A DNA stretch of 63,229 nt, filler included, from Octopus bimaculoides (taxonomy: Eukaryota), in assembly GCF_001194135.2 (NCBI RefSeq). It is 4 parts of 4 records of this genome, joined end to end, with 100 filler letters (N's around TTAATTAATTAA, not from the genome) between each part and the next. Parts side by side here need not be neighbours in the genome. Positions count along the whole stretch, not along the records: positions 24,574 to 44,439 come from NC_069008.1; 3 more parts are not named here. One strand, 5' to 3'. The notes under the pieces are model-generated. The model was not told the origin of the DNA, did not search any database, and was given only the letters and a program-made list of their open reading frames with translations. Shown in pieces: positions 26,289 through 37,392 of this stretch; within the stretch, counting starts at the first letter, position 1, and the number at the start of each line of letters is the position of its first letter. The position numbers and the translations under genes were made by a program.

Positions 26289-26697
26289 GATAACAGATGA
26301 TATTGGCATAACAGAAGATGCACCATCAAAACTTTTCGTCATTGACAGACTGAATGAAAATACTATATGGAAGAAATATCTAGCACTATTTCTATAAATT
26401 AATTGTAAAATTCCAATGACATATTTATTCTGAACTGAGATTATTAGCAAAATTTCTGAATCATTATCTAGAGTGTATACAAAATTGTGTGCTAATTATA
26501 CTTGGATAAATTTTTGTAAGAAATTTTAGATAAAGGTAGCATTGGACAGAAATATGGCAGCTGAAAAAATTGGTAAAGAATATGCAGTAGAAACAAAATC
26601 AACAAAATATATACAGAAATATAGACATAGTTTGATTTGAGAAGAAAAGATTTGCAAAAACGTCCAAAACGTAAGGAAGTGATTTTTTCCTGAAGAC

Positions 26698-28548
26698 ATG
26701 CCAAAAGAGAAAAGAAAAGCTTTCTGTGAAAAGACATTCTCCCAGAATGATAACCAAGTTAAACATAAGCGTATTCATACAGGAGGTAAGCCATATTGCT
26801 GTGAAATCTGTGGTAAATCATTCTCTCAGAATTCTACCCTAACTAAACACAAATGTGTTCATACAGGAGAGAAGCCATATCAATGTGATATCTGTGGTAA
26901 ATCATTCTCTTGGAATGGAAACCTAACTACACACAAACGTACTCATACAGGAGAGAAGCCATATCAGTGTAATATCTGTGGTAAATCAGTCTCTTCGAAA
27001 GGAAACCTAACTAAACACAAACGTACTCATACAGGAGAGAAACCATATCATTGTGATATCTGTGGTAAATCATTCTGTGAAAGTGATCAGTTAACTACAC
27101 ACAAACGTATTCATACAGGAGAGAAGCCATATCACTGTGATGTTTGTGGTAAGTCTTTCTTTGGAGGGAGTGCTTTATATTTGCACAAGCAAATACATAC
27201 AGGAGAGAAGCCATATCACTGTGGTATTTGTGGTAAATCATTCTCTGTACATACTAACTTAACATCTCACCAACGTGTTCATACAGGAGAGAGGCCATAT
27301 CAATGTGATATCTGTGGCAAATCATTCTCTCGGAATGGAAGCCTAACTACACACAAACATATTCATACGGGAGAGAAGCCATATCACTGTGGTATTTGTG
27401 GTAAATCATTCTCTCAATTTCATTACTTATCTTGTCACAATCGTATTCATACTGGAGAAAAACCATATCGCTGTGATATCTGTGGTAAATCATATTCTAT
27501 ACGTAGTAGCTTAACATGTCACCAACATATACATGCAGGAGAGAAACTGTATCGCTGTGGTATTTGTGGTAAATCATGCTCTGGAAGTAGTGCTTTAAAT
27601 TCTCACAAGCGAATTCATACAGGAGAGAAGCCATATCGCTGTGATATCTGTGGTAAATCATTCTCTCAGAATTCTACTCTAACTAAACACAAACGTATTC
27701 ATACAGGAGAGAAGCCATATCACTGTAATATCTGTAGTAAATCATTCTCTGGAAGTGGTCAGTTGACTTCACACAAACGTGTTCATACAGGAGAGAAGCC
27801 ATATAACTGTGACATCTGTGGCAAATCATTCTCTCTTGGTGGTTCTTTAACATCTCACCAACGTATTCATACAGGAGAGAAGCCATATCACTGTGGCATT
27901 TGTGGTAAATCATTCTCTCGATGTGATGCTTTCAAATCTCACAAGCGAATTCATACAGGAGAGAAGCCATATTGCTGTAATATCTGTGGTAAATCATTCT
28001 CTCAAAGTAATGACTTAACTAAACACAAACGAATACATACAAGAGAGAAGCCATATCACTGCAATATTTGTGGTAAAGCATTTACTGGAAGTGGTAACTT
28101 AAGGATGCACCACCGCACTCATACAGGAGAGAAGCCACATCAGTGTGATGTCTGTGGTAAATCATTCTCTCGAAATAATTCCTTAACCATTCACAAACGG
28201 ATTCATACAGGAGAAAAGCCATATCAGTGTGATATCTGTGGTAAGTCCTTCGCTAGATATAATTATGTCATTATTCACAAACGTGTTCATACAGGGGAGA
28301 AACCATATCAGTGTGATATCTGTGGCAAATCATTCTCTGAAAAGTGTTCCTTGAGAATACATAAACGTATTCATACAGGAGAGAAACCTTATTGTTGTGA
28401 TATTTGTGGTAAATCATTCTCTGATAGTAGTGCTTTACCAAGACACAAATGTATTCATACAGGAGAGAAGTCATATCAGTGTGATATCTGTGACAAATCG
28501 TTCTCTCGAAATACTACATTAACCATTCACAAAAGAATCCATACATGA
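26698..28548 (+). CDS. Poly-C2H2 zinc-finger protein (616 aa; 1 degenerate + 21 intact fingers), ZNF copy 1
   Basis: Uninterrupted ORF with 21 repeats of C-x2-C-x12-H-x3-H and TGEKPY linkers at 84-bp periodicity; no KRAB/SCAN/BTB domain visible; probably the single coding exon. Confidence 0.95.
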   Translation: MPKEKRKAFCEKTFSQNDNQVKHKRIHTGGKPYCCEICGKSFSQNSTLTKHKCVHTGEKPYQCDICGKSFSWNGNLTTHKRTHTGEKPYQCNICGKSVSSKGNLTKHKRTHTGEKPYHCDICGKSFCESDQLTTHKRIHTGEKPYHCDVCGKSFFGGSALYLHKQIHTGEKPYHCGICGKSFSVHTNLTSHQRVHTGERPYQCDICGKSFSRNGSLTTHKHIHTGEKPYHCGICGKSFSQFHYLSCHNRIHTGEKPYRCDICGKSYSIRSSLTCHQHIHAGEKLYRCGICGKSCSGSSALNSHKRIHTGEKPYRCDICGKSFSQNSTLTKHKRIHTGEKPYHCNICSKSFSGSGQLTSHKRVHTGEKPYNCDICGKSFSLGGSLTSHQRIHTGEKPYHCGICGKSFSRCDAFKSHKRIHTGEKPYCCNICGKSFSQSNDLTKHKRIHTREKPYHCNICGKAFTGSGNLRMHHRTHTGEKPHQCDVCGKSFSRNNSLTIHKRIHTGEKPYQCDICGKSFARYNYVIIHKRVHTGEKPYQCDICGKSFSEKCSLRIHKRIHTGEKPYCCDICGKSFSDSSALPRHKCIHTGEKSYQCDICDKSFSRNTTLTIHKRIHT

Positions 28549-29130
28549 GAGAACCCATATCAGTGTGATATCTGTGGTAAGTCCTTCGCTAGATATGATT
28601 ATCTCATTTCTCACAAACGTGTTCATACAGGGGAGGAGCCATATCAATGTGACATCTGCTGCAAATCAGTCTCTGTAAAGTGTTCCTTAATAATACATAA
28701 ACGTATTCATACAGGAGAGAAACCTTAATGTTGTGATATTTGTGGTAAATCATTCTGTGAAAGTAGTAAGTTAAGAAGACACAAACGTACTCATACAGTG
28801 TAGAAGCCACATTACCGTTATGTGTATGGTAAATCATTTGCTGAAAATATTAACCACACAAACATACATTTAAAAATGGCAACATACTAGTGTGATATCT
28901 ATGGTAAATCGTTCTCTTGAATTGATTTTTTGCCTGAGGCGAAATATATTCATAGAGGAGAGAAGGCATAACAATATAATATTTGTGAGGAGACATTCAC
29001 TCAAAGTAGTAATTTAAGAATAGACAAATATATTCATACAGGATAGAAGCCACATCACTGTGATATTTGTGGCAAATCAATCTCTCAAAGTTGCGGCTTC
29101 ACTGCACATGTATGTATTCCTAGAGAAGTG
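28549..29130 (+). pseudogene. Fossil zinc fingers downstream of the ZNF1 stop (about 7; first 3 still have C2H2 ligands)
   Basis: The same frame continues past TGA: [66 protein letters not shown], then increasingly decayed units with in-frame stops. Confidence 0.9.
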
Positions 29131-29356
29131 TGACGGTCAATGGGAATATCATCAAACATAAATTCCTTCTGAAGCGATGTGGGCTTAGCTTTGTGGATTT
29201 TACCCATGATGTCAACTAAGCCACTCATTATGGCTGTCTTTCTCAGGTAGTCTTTTACAGCTGGTTGAACTTTTAATGGTGCCAACCTCTTTTAGTTACC
29301 TCTTGGAGCATGAAGGGATATGGTTTACTGTTCAATTTCCTGGTATGAAAATCAGA

Positions 29357-29362
29357 AATAAA
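29357..29362 (+). promoter_or_regulatory. Candidate polyadenylation signal AATAAA (ZNF1)
   Basis: AATAAA conserved at the homologous position in the paralog (43024-43029); a second AATAAA at 29470 is not conserved. Confidence 0.4.
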
Positions 29363-30047
29363 CATCCACATCAATAACGGTAAATGTATTCACATTGGAA
29401 AAGACACATAACAGTAACAACAGCCTCCCTATGCTGTATTTTATATTAGAACACTTGTGTGACGTTTTTAATAAAAGCACTTACCTCCAGATTTTGAATT
29501 TTTTTACTTCATTGAAACCAATATTGTTATATTTAAGAAGAATCACAATTAATTAAACGTATAAACACACTTGCCGGTTATTGTTTGCCTGCACTTCACT
29601 TCTGTTTTTTGCGAAAGCATTTGATGTTTGTTTATGTCTTCACCGTATTTTTTGCTATATCAATCGCTAGCCGTTTGAATAATGTGGAAAATATTTCGAG
29701 GGAGCATAAGCAATTTGCTGACATTGTAAAAGAAGTGAAAAATAGAGAAAGAACCGAATATATACCCTGCATATAACAATTCTGGAGGCAGAAAGATGGT
29801 TTATTTTGACATTGGAGGTAAACACATGAAGAGTGTTTTCCCAGGGATCAGTGATAATATGACTTAAAATTATTGCTTTAGCATTAAATACACAAGTTAT
29901 AAAAGAAAATAATTCCACGCATCATAAAAGGTTATATATATACATGTATATGTGTATGTACATGTTTGTATATATGTGTGTGTGTATATATGTATGTATG
30001 CATAGATATATAATATGAATTTATATAAATAAGTAGATATATTTGTG

Positions 30048-30078
<31 letters not shown>

Positions 30079-30107
30079 GTATGCATATATATATATATAT
30101 ATATATA

Positions 30108-30296
30108 TCATCATCATCGTTTAACGTCCGCTTTCCATGCTAGCATGGGTTGGACGATTTGACTGAGGTGAAACCGGATGGCAACACCAGGCTCCAGTCT
30201 AATTTGGCAGAGTTTCTACAGCTGGATGCCCTTCCTAACGCCAACCACTCNNNNNNNNNNCTTGCCGGGTCTTCTCACGCACAGCACATTTCCAAG
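30108..30296 (-). mobile_element. Family D retroelement 3' end (young-looking)
   Basis: TCATCATCATCGTTTAACGTCCGCTTTCCATGCTAGCATGGGTTGGACG ... GCTGGATGCCCTTCCTAACGCCAACC. Confidence 0.8.
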
Positions 30297-30619
30297 GAGG
30301 AAGAGGGAGAGACAGATAGAAAAAAGTGAAGGGGAGAAAAGGGAATTTTGAGTAAGGATGAGAAAGAAAACGAATGGGGGAGAGAGAGAGGTGGGAAAAC
30401 AGTAAAGGAAAGAGTCGCATCGATTATATTAAGAAAAAAACTTACTTGGAAATGGATGCGTGGCGTTCAATCAAAAAATAATATAAATAATATATAGACA
30501 CATATGTACATACATACGTATATATGTATATAGCTATGCATATATGGGTACAGGACGTCACAAAACAAACAAACATGAAATATGAAGATAACGTTGGGTA
30601 CACAAAAAACGGGTTCGCG

Positions 30620-32312
30620 GAGGTAACTACCTTCAAACTCTTATCTTGTCCTCCCATCTACCCCACCGCCTCGAAGCTCAATGTCTGCACCCCTCACGCC
30701 CCAACGATTTACTTCCTCCCCAAAATCCACAAACCTAACAACCCTGGCCGCCCCATCGTCTCCACCTGCAACTGCCCCACAGAACTTATCTACAAATATC
30801 TCTCTCACATCCATGACACTAACCATGCTCTTCATCTGTTCAACTCTTTCTCCTTCCCTCTTGGCCCCTCCAAACTTCTCTTCACTCTTGACATCAAGAG
30901 CCTATATATGTTGATCCCACATCAAAACGGGCTTCTTGCCCTCAAACACTACCTGGACCTTCAACCTAACCTCCAACCTGACACATCCACACTCTTTCGT
31001 CTGGCTGAACTTGTTCTCTCCCTTAACTGCTTCTCATTTGCGGGTGATTTTTACCAGCAGACTCGGGAATGGTCATGGGAACGAGAATGGGCCCCAACTA
31101 TGCGAACCTGTTCGTTGGCTATATTGAGGCCCAAATATTCTCAAGATTCACTGGTCCCACACCCGAACTATACAGTCGTTACATTGACGACTGTATCGCT
31201 GCGACCTCGCTCTCCCGCGAACAAGTAGACTCTTTCCTCTCTTTTGTAAAATCTTTCCATCCTGCCCTCGAATTCTCTTGCNNNNNNNNNNNNNNNNNNN
31301 NNNNNNNNNNNNNNNNNNNNNNNNNNNNNNNNNNNNNNNNNNNNNNNNNNNNNNNNNNNNNNNNNNNNNNNNNNNNNNNNNNNNNNNNNNNNNNNNNNNN
31401 NNNNNNNNNNNNNNNNNNNNNNNNNNNNNNNNNNNNNNNNNNNNNNNNNNNNNNNNNNNNNNNNNNNNNNNNNNNNNNNNNNNNNNNNNNNNNNNNNNNN
31501 NNNNNNNNNNNNNNNNNNNNNNNNNNNNNNNNNNNNNNNNNNNNNNNNNNNNNNNNNNNNNNNNNNNNNNNNNNNNNNNNNNNNNNNNNNNNNNNNNNNN
31601 NNNNNNNNNNNNNNNNNNNNNNNNNNNNNNNNNNNNNNNNNNNNNNNNNNNNNNNNNNNNNNNNNNNNNNNNNNNNNNNNNNNNNNNNNNNNNNNNNNNN
31701 NNNNNNNNNNNNNNNNNNNNNNNNNNNNNNNNNNNNNNNNNNNNNNNNNNNNNNNNNNNNNNNNNNNNNNNNNNNNNNNNNNNNNNNNNNNNNNNNNNNN
31801 NNNNNNNNNNNNNNNNNNNNNNNNNNNNNNNNNNNNNNNNNNACACACACACATATATATATACATATATACGACGGGCTTCTTTCAGTTTCCGTCTACC
31901 AAATCCACTCACAAGGCTTTGGTCGGCCCCAGGCTTTAGTAGAAGACACTTGCCCAAGGTGCCACGCAGTGGGACTGAACCCGGAACCATGTGGTTGGTA
32001 AGCAAGCTACTTACCACACAGCCACTCCTGTTGCCTTTCTTGACATTTCGGTCAGCATTCATCATTCCACTTCCATCCACTACAATCACACACATACCTC
32101 AACTTCTCCTTCTCCCACCCTAAATACCCCGAGCTCTCCATCCTCTACACCCAATTCCTTCGTCAGCGCGGGCTCTGCAGTAACAACCGTGACTTTGAGA
32201 CTCAGTCTCAACTCATGGATCGCCACTTCGTCCTTCGTGTGTATCCCCTCACCACTATCCACACCGCCCTTGCCAGAGCACATTCTGTGGACCGCGCATC
32301 TGCTCTCTCCAA
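30620..32312 (+). mobile_element. Penelope-like element (PLE) reverse transcriptase fragment, frameshifted and interrupted by a gap and a SINE
   Basis: Motifs YFLPKIHKPNNPGRPIVS, LFTLDIKSLY, Q..G-MVMGTRMGPNYANLF, RYIDDC (31180-31191), FHPALEFSC. Resumes at 32030 with VAFLDISVSI, then YLNFS.SHP and FLRQRGLCSN...YPLTTIHTAL (thumb). Confidence 0.92.
31843..32030 (-). mobile_element. SINE family C (tRNA-headed) 5' part, nested in the PLE
   Basis: Reverse complement of CAGGAGTGGCTGTGTGGTAAGTAGCTTGCTTACCAACCACATGGTTCCGGGTTCAGTCCC; same family as 17678-18062 and 3948-4290. Confidence 0.9.
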
Positions 32313-34243
32313 AATCATGAAAATCTACAAAAGACCTCTGCTGGATTATGACATCATAATCTCCTCTAAACCTTCTTGATGCTATTTCTCATGTATGTGA
32401 TAACCGGTAATTTAATAGAATGTAATTAATTTAGTTAATTTAATTTAAAACTAATTCAATATTCTTTAAACATTTACCATAGACACAAATTAGATTTTTA
32501 AAAAATTTAAAGTGTAAAATAAAATTCTTACGGCAAATACGTTTCAAATTTATTTCTCATTGCAAAATATCTGATTTTGAAACCTGTGTGATTCGACATG
32601 TTGATAAAAATATGAAAATTAATGAAGGCTGCTAGAATGCATTCAACAACAGCAGCATGGCTTATGGCTAATCCTGCGTCACAAAAATACATTAAGAATT
32701 AGTGTGGATGAGTGCACTTAGAAACTTCTGAAAGAGGTTTCTGGTATCGTAGAAGTACAGATTAATTATCAAAAACGAATATTCAATCACAATACGTGAC
32801 ATTAAAATCTTCTAATTGATTCTGTAAGTATCAGTAGGTTTGNNNNNNNNNNNNNNNNNNNNNNNNNNNNNNNNNNNNNNNNNNNNNNNNNNNNNNNNNN
32901 NNNNNNNNNNNNNNNNNNNNNNNNNNNNNNNNNNNNNNNNNNNNNNNNNNNNNNNNNNNNNNNNNNNNNNNNNNNNNNNNNNNNNNNNNNNNNNNNNNNN
33001 NNNNNNNNNNNNNNNNNNNNNNNNNNNNNNNNNNNNNNNNNNNNNNNNNNNNNNNNNNNNNNNNNNNNNNNNNNNNNNNNNNNNNNNNNNNNNNNNNNNN
33101 NNNNNNNNNNNNNNNNNNNNNNNNNNNNNNNNNNNNNNNNNNNNNNNNNNNNNNNNNNNNNNNNNNNNNNNNNNNNNNNNNNNNNNNNNNNNNNNNNNNN
33201 NNNNNNNNNNNNNNNNNNNNNNNNNNNNNNNNNNNNNNNNNNNNNNNNNNNNNNNNNNNNNNNNNNNNNNNNNNNNNNNNNNNNNNNNNNNNNNNNNNNN
33301 NNNNNNNNNNNNNNNNNNNTGTGTGATTGAAAGTGAGGTTTAGTTGTTGCTTTTAGCACATCTCACGACCACCTGATATCTTCTTCTTTTCTTTGTCGTT
33401 CTGATATGTATTGACATTTTTCAATATTTTCCTCCATAAATGCATTTAATTAAATGAAGATGTACCAAAGCATTTTTTTACTTTATATTCTTCCCCATGA
33501 TCGCACCAAGCAAGTGTGTGTGTGTGTGTGTAAGAAAAAACTTTTACTTGCAGAAAACATTCTATTCAAGAATTTATCTTTTACATACATTTTAAAAATC
33601 ACTGTAGATTAATCCCAGCAATGACCTCAGGCTCTACAATACCTATATGATCGATATGGGTTAATACTAATTTGAATGTCCAACAGGATTTATGGGGGTG
33701 ACGGGGAACAAATTTCAATGGACAAAGTTCTTTTGCATGTTCATGCGAGGTCCAGTGCATAGAACACAAATTTGCGGAAATTTTTCTGAAAAAGAAGATA
33801 ACTAAACCTAAAATATTGTTTACCTGGTTACATAGTGACCAGTTATAGGAACCAGAATCCATAAGATTCGTGTGTATGCCAGAATATTTTTAACTTTTTG
33901 AATTTGGATTTCAAAATTTATTTTCCAATTGTAAACAGAACTGAATGATAAATTCGGACTGTCCATATTTTAAACACTGATTGAAAAAAAAAAAAAGAAT
34001 GAGAGAGAGTGCAAATTTTAGGATTTACGGGTTGAGGGGGAGCAGATGTGAAAAATATGAATTTTTTCCCTCCTTTTCTTTTTGCATAATCGTATGATTT
34101 CCTGTGTGTAGATCAAAAGTTTGCAAAAATTTCCTTCAATTCCAAAAAAATAAATAAAAAAGTTATGAGGGTTAAATAGAGAACTTGAACCAGAATCCCA
34201 AGCATTGATCGATTCATTACATAAGCCATACAGAGTATGGAGT

Positions 34244-34626
34244 TGTTGTTGTTGGCACTCCGTCGCTTACGACGTCGAGGGTTCCTGTTGATCCGATCAA
34301 CGGAACAGCCTGCTCGTGAAATTAACGTGCAAATGGCTGAGCACTCCACAGACACGTGTACCCTTAACGTAGTTCTCGGAGATATTCAGCATGACACAGT
34401 GTGACAAGGCTGACCCTTTGAATTACAGGCACATCAGAAACAGGAAGTAAGAGTGAAAGTTGTGGTGAAAGAGTACAGCAGGGTTCGCCACCATCCCCTG
34501 CCAGAGCCTCATGGAACTTAAGGTTTTTTTGCTCAATAAACACTCACAATACCCGGTCTGGGAATCGAAACCGCGATCCTATGACCGCGAGTCCGCTGCT
34601 CTACCACTGGGCCATTGCGCCTCTAC
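34244..34626 (-). mobile_element. SINE family A with 15-bp TSD
   Basis: TSD TACAGAGTATGGAGT at 34229-34243 and 34627-34641. Confidence 0.95.
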
Positions 34627-34689
34627 TACAGAGTATGGAGTACCTCATTGTAATTATATAGATGGCAAAATACTTATACCATCGTTTGC

Positions 34690-35041
34690 AGTATTCATCT
34701 TATTATGCAGGCAGACGTCGTGACCATGATGGTTCATGGCTTTGGCATGACTTGATAAGCTTTCTCCATACCGTTCGCTTTTTCGCTTGGGTTTGCCATT
34801 TATTATGGTCAATTCCTTTCCACTCCAAGTTCCTTTTGGCAGTATCTTTGAATGCTCTGCTTTCTTTTCCCCTTGCATAGCTGGGGGGCAAAAGGATTTG
34901 TCTAGGGAATCTGTTGTTGTCCATCCTGTATACATGGTCAAACCAACGTAAATTTCTATCGATGCAGCAAGCACACTGTAGGATCTCTTCGTTCTCGATC
35001 TTCTCAAAGATAGTAATATTCATAATTTGTCGTAGCTGTCT
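34690..35041 (-). mobile_element. RTE-clade LINE, C-terminal ORF and 3' end fragment
   Basis: LRQIMNIT...NEEIL...LRWFDHVYRMDNNRFPRQIL...FKDTAKRNL...W...AKKRTVWRKLI, typical of the RTE ORF2 C-terminus. Confidence 0.85.
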
Positions 35042-35489
35042 NNNNNNNNNNNNNNNNNNNNNNNNNNNNNNNNNNNNNNNNNNNNNNNNNNNNNNNNNNN
35101 NNNNNNNNNNNNNNNNNNNNNNNNNNNNNNNNNNNNNNNNNTGCGTATGTGGTTGTCTGTTCATATACTCTATGTACCTACCCGTCTGTATATAGACCTG
35201 TTGAAAAATAAAAATAAGAAGTAAGTGGAAATTTTACCGATGAGTGTGTTAAATTTTAAGGCACAATAAGAAAATGACTCTCCCCAGACACAACATAATG
35301 TATTACAGTTATGTTGAAACAGGTGATATGGGAAAGTGCAGCATTGACAACAAAACATTTGTGGAGTAAATGATGGGCTAATTCAACTAAGCAACATGCT
35401 ATGCATCCATTTGGATTATTTCAGGCCCTAACCTGTGGGGGCTATGTGATTTTTGAACACACTGAGAAGCTGTCAGTTGGTACTGTGTC

Positions 35490-35928
35490 TAACACAACCC
35501 ATCATCTGAAATATTGACACTTCCTTCGGGTTTGTTGTCCTACATCACTCATAAAGTAAATTTGGAGGAACTGTGGTTGTTCATTTGTGGGTAACAGGGA
35601 ACTAATGAGGTGATAGACTTGCTCTTGAACTTTTGACGTCGTTGTAAATTCATGTTTATCTATCTTCTTAGATGAACCAAACGATGTCATTTGCAGAGTT
35701 GTATTGCCTGATATTGCTCAGAAAATCTTTTGATTGGATGGAAATGTCTTCTAGAAGATCCATAAGAGGTTGAGAAGGAGCTGGTAGTGCTGGCAATGTT
35801 ACCTGACCGCCTGAGCAGCACATACCATTTGTTTCATTTGAAAATTTTAAAGCTCTACATTTTTATAAGAATGGGATGGATCATATCTGAAAACAGCTTC
35901 AGGAGTTGCGAAGAAAGAATTTGTACGT
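35490..35928 (-). mobile_element. Helitron RepHel N-terminal coding fragment (degenerate)
   Basis: Minus strand AVFRYDP / CRALKFSNETNGMCCSGGQVTLP / PSQPLMDLL...DFLSNIRQYNSA / MTSFG...KVQEQVYHLISSLLP...PQFLQIYF; matches animal Helitron motifs CC..GKV.LP, NIR.YNS.FQMTSFG, GQVYH..GSLLP. Confidence 0.88.
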
Positions 35929-36650
35929 NNNNNNNNNNNNNNNNNNNNNNNNNNNNNNNNNNNNNNNNNNNNNNNNNNNNNNNNNNNNNNNNNNNNNNNN
36001 NNNNNNNNNNNNNNNNNNNNNNNNNNNNNNNNNNNNNNNNNNNNNNNNNNNNNNNNNNNNNNNNNNNNNNNNNNNNNNNNNNNNNNNNNNNNNNNNNNNN
36101 NNNNNNNNNNNNNNNNNNNNNNNNNNNNNNNNNNNNNNNNNNNNNNNNNNNNNNNNNNNNNNNNNNNNNNNNNNNNNNNNNNNNNNNNNNNNNNNNNNNN
36201 NNNNNNNNNNNNNNNNNNNNNNNNNNNNNNNNNNNNNNNNNNNNNNNNNNNNNNNNNNNNNNNNNNNNNNNNNNNNNNNNNNNNNNNNNNNNNNNNNNNN
36301 NNNNNNNNNNNNNNNNNNNNNNNNNNNNNNNNNNNNNNNNNNNNNNNNNNNNNNNNNNNNNNNNNNNNNNNNNNNNNNNNNNNNNNNNNNNNNNNNNNNN
36401 NNNNNNNNNNNNNNNNNNNNNNNNNNNNNNNNNNNNNNNNNNNNNNNNNNNNNNNNNNNNNNNNNNNNNNNNNNNNNNNNNNNNNNNNNNNNNNNNNNNN
36501 NNNNNNNNNNNNNNNNNNNNNNNNNNNNNNNNNNNNNNNNNNNNNNNNNNNNNNNNNNNNNNNNNNNNNNNNNNNNNNNNNNNNNNNNNNNNNNNNNNNN
36601 NNNNNNNNNNNNNNNNNNNNNNNNNNNNNNNNNNNNNNNNNNNNNNNNNN

Positions 36651-36926
36651 GTATGTTTCGAGTCGCTTCAGCTGCAGAGTTTCCTTTTTTGTACTCATAA
36701 AGCATTATGTTTCTCAAATGCTCTTTGGATACTTCCGTGTAAGAAAGGATTTTAATCAAAGAAATTTTAACTCTATTATTCTGTAAAATAATATTTGATT
36801 AGTTTAAACGTACACAAATGCATAAAAATAATTTCTAATTCCATTAGACATTCTAAAATACTATTAAATTTCATTCAATTTTAAAAAAGGTAAAATCAGA
36901 CAGAACTTCTGGGATAACCTGATATA
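36651..36926 (-). mobile_element. Mariner (DD34D) element 5' end: TIR plus transposase N-terminus, running into a gap
   Basis: Minus strand TATCAGGTTATCCCAGAAGTTCTGTCTGATTT TIR-like end next to TA; ORF EVSKEHLRNIMLYEYKKGNSAAEATRNI is the mariner HTH start. Confidence 0.85.
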
Positions 36927-37259
36927 ATATATAGGACAGTATGTCACATAACAATACAGGCGTAAGACCTGGTAGAAATAGCAGTCAAATCTCCCTCAAA
37001 ATACCCTACTGTCTTAATCCGACAATTCTGCCTATTATGTAGTTTGAATGAGAAACTGTAACTAAAGATTAAGATTATTAACCCCACAGAGAGAGGAAAG
37101 AAGAGACAGCATAGTGATGGTTTTGGCTGACTGTCATCCTGTACTCCCCTTGTTGCTAGTGAAATGGTATGTGCTGGCTGTCTAAGCAACTGGTTGTTTT
37201 AATGGCAGAACAAAAAGCACATTAAAGATTACAAAAATAGCAATTCTCACTTTGAAACT

Positions 37260-37392
37260 AACGATTTTGAAAATCTTTTTAGATTACGGAACGCCCCACT
37301 CTCATGTATCCATGTTTAAAATTCCAGCGCAATTGGCTGAACAATACTCGAGTTATAAGCGCACAGACAGAACGGATTTATATATTAAGATA
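37260..37392 (+). mobile_element. Possible non-autonomous Helitron-like (HINE/Lep1-type) fragment
   Basis: AAATTCCAGCGCAATTGGCTGAACAATACTCGAGTTATAAGCGCACAGACAGAAC resembles the AAATTTCA..AATCGG...ACAGACAGAC block of such elements. Confidence 0.35.

Larger units (their letters stand above)
26128..29795 (+). repeat. Local segmental duplication, copy 1 (ZNF1 cassette)
   Basis: Colinear similarity to 40228-43485 from TTCTGTAATGTAAATATTAGTAAATTAAAATGT through the ZNF and 3' flank to TATACCCTGCATATAACA. Confidence 0.93.

Noticed and set aside
28546-28548. Selenocysteine readthrough of the ZNF1 TGA
   Set aside because: The TGA replaces a linker Gly codon by one substitution, no SECIS was recognisable, and the paralog uses a different stop.
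27683-28837. Antisense ORFs ([17 protein letters not shown]...) over the ZNFs, also 42302-42532
   Set aside because: They are periodic shadows of the zinc-finger repeat on the opposite strand.
31069-32123. Long ORFs spanning N runs (also 32802-33359, 35787-36759, 48048-48875, 50822-51652, 53903-54397, 55026-55581, 56406-57375)
   Set aside because: They are open only because N codons contain no stops; only the flanking TE-derived residues are informative.
33599-33862. 87-aa minus-strand ORF with a tiny GT-AG interval
   Set aside because: The interval is only 38 nt, splicing does not give a longer frame, and no family motif is present.
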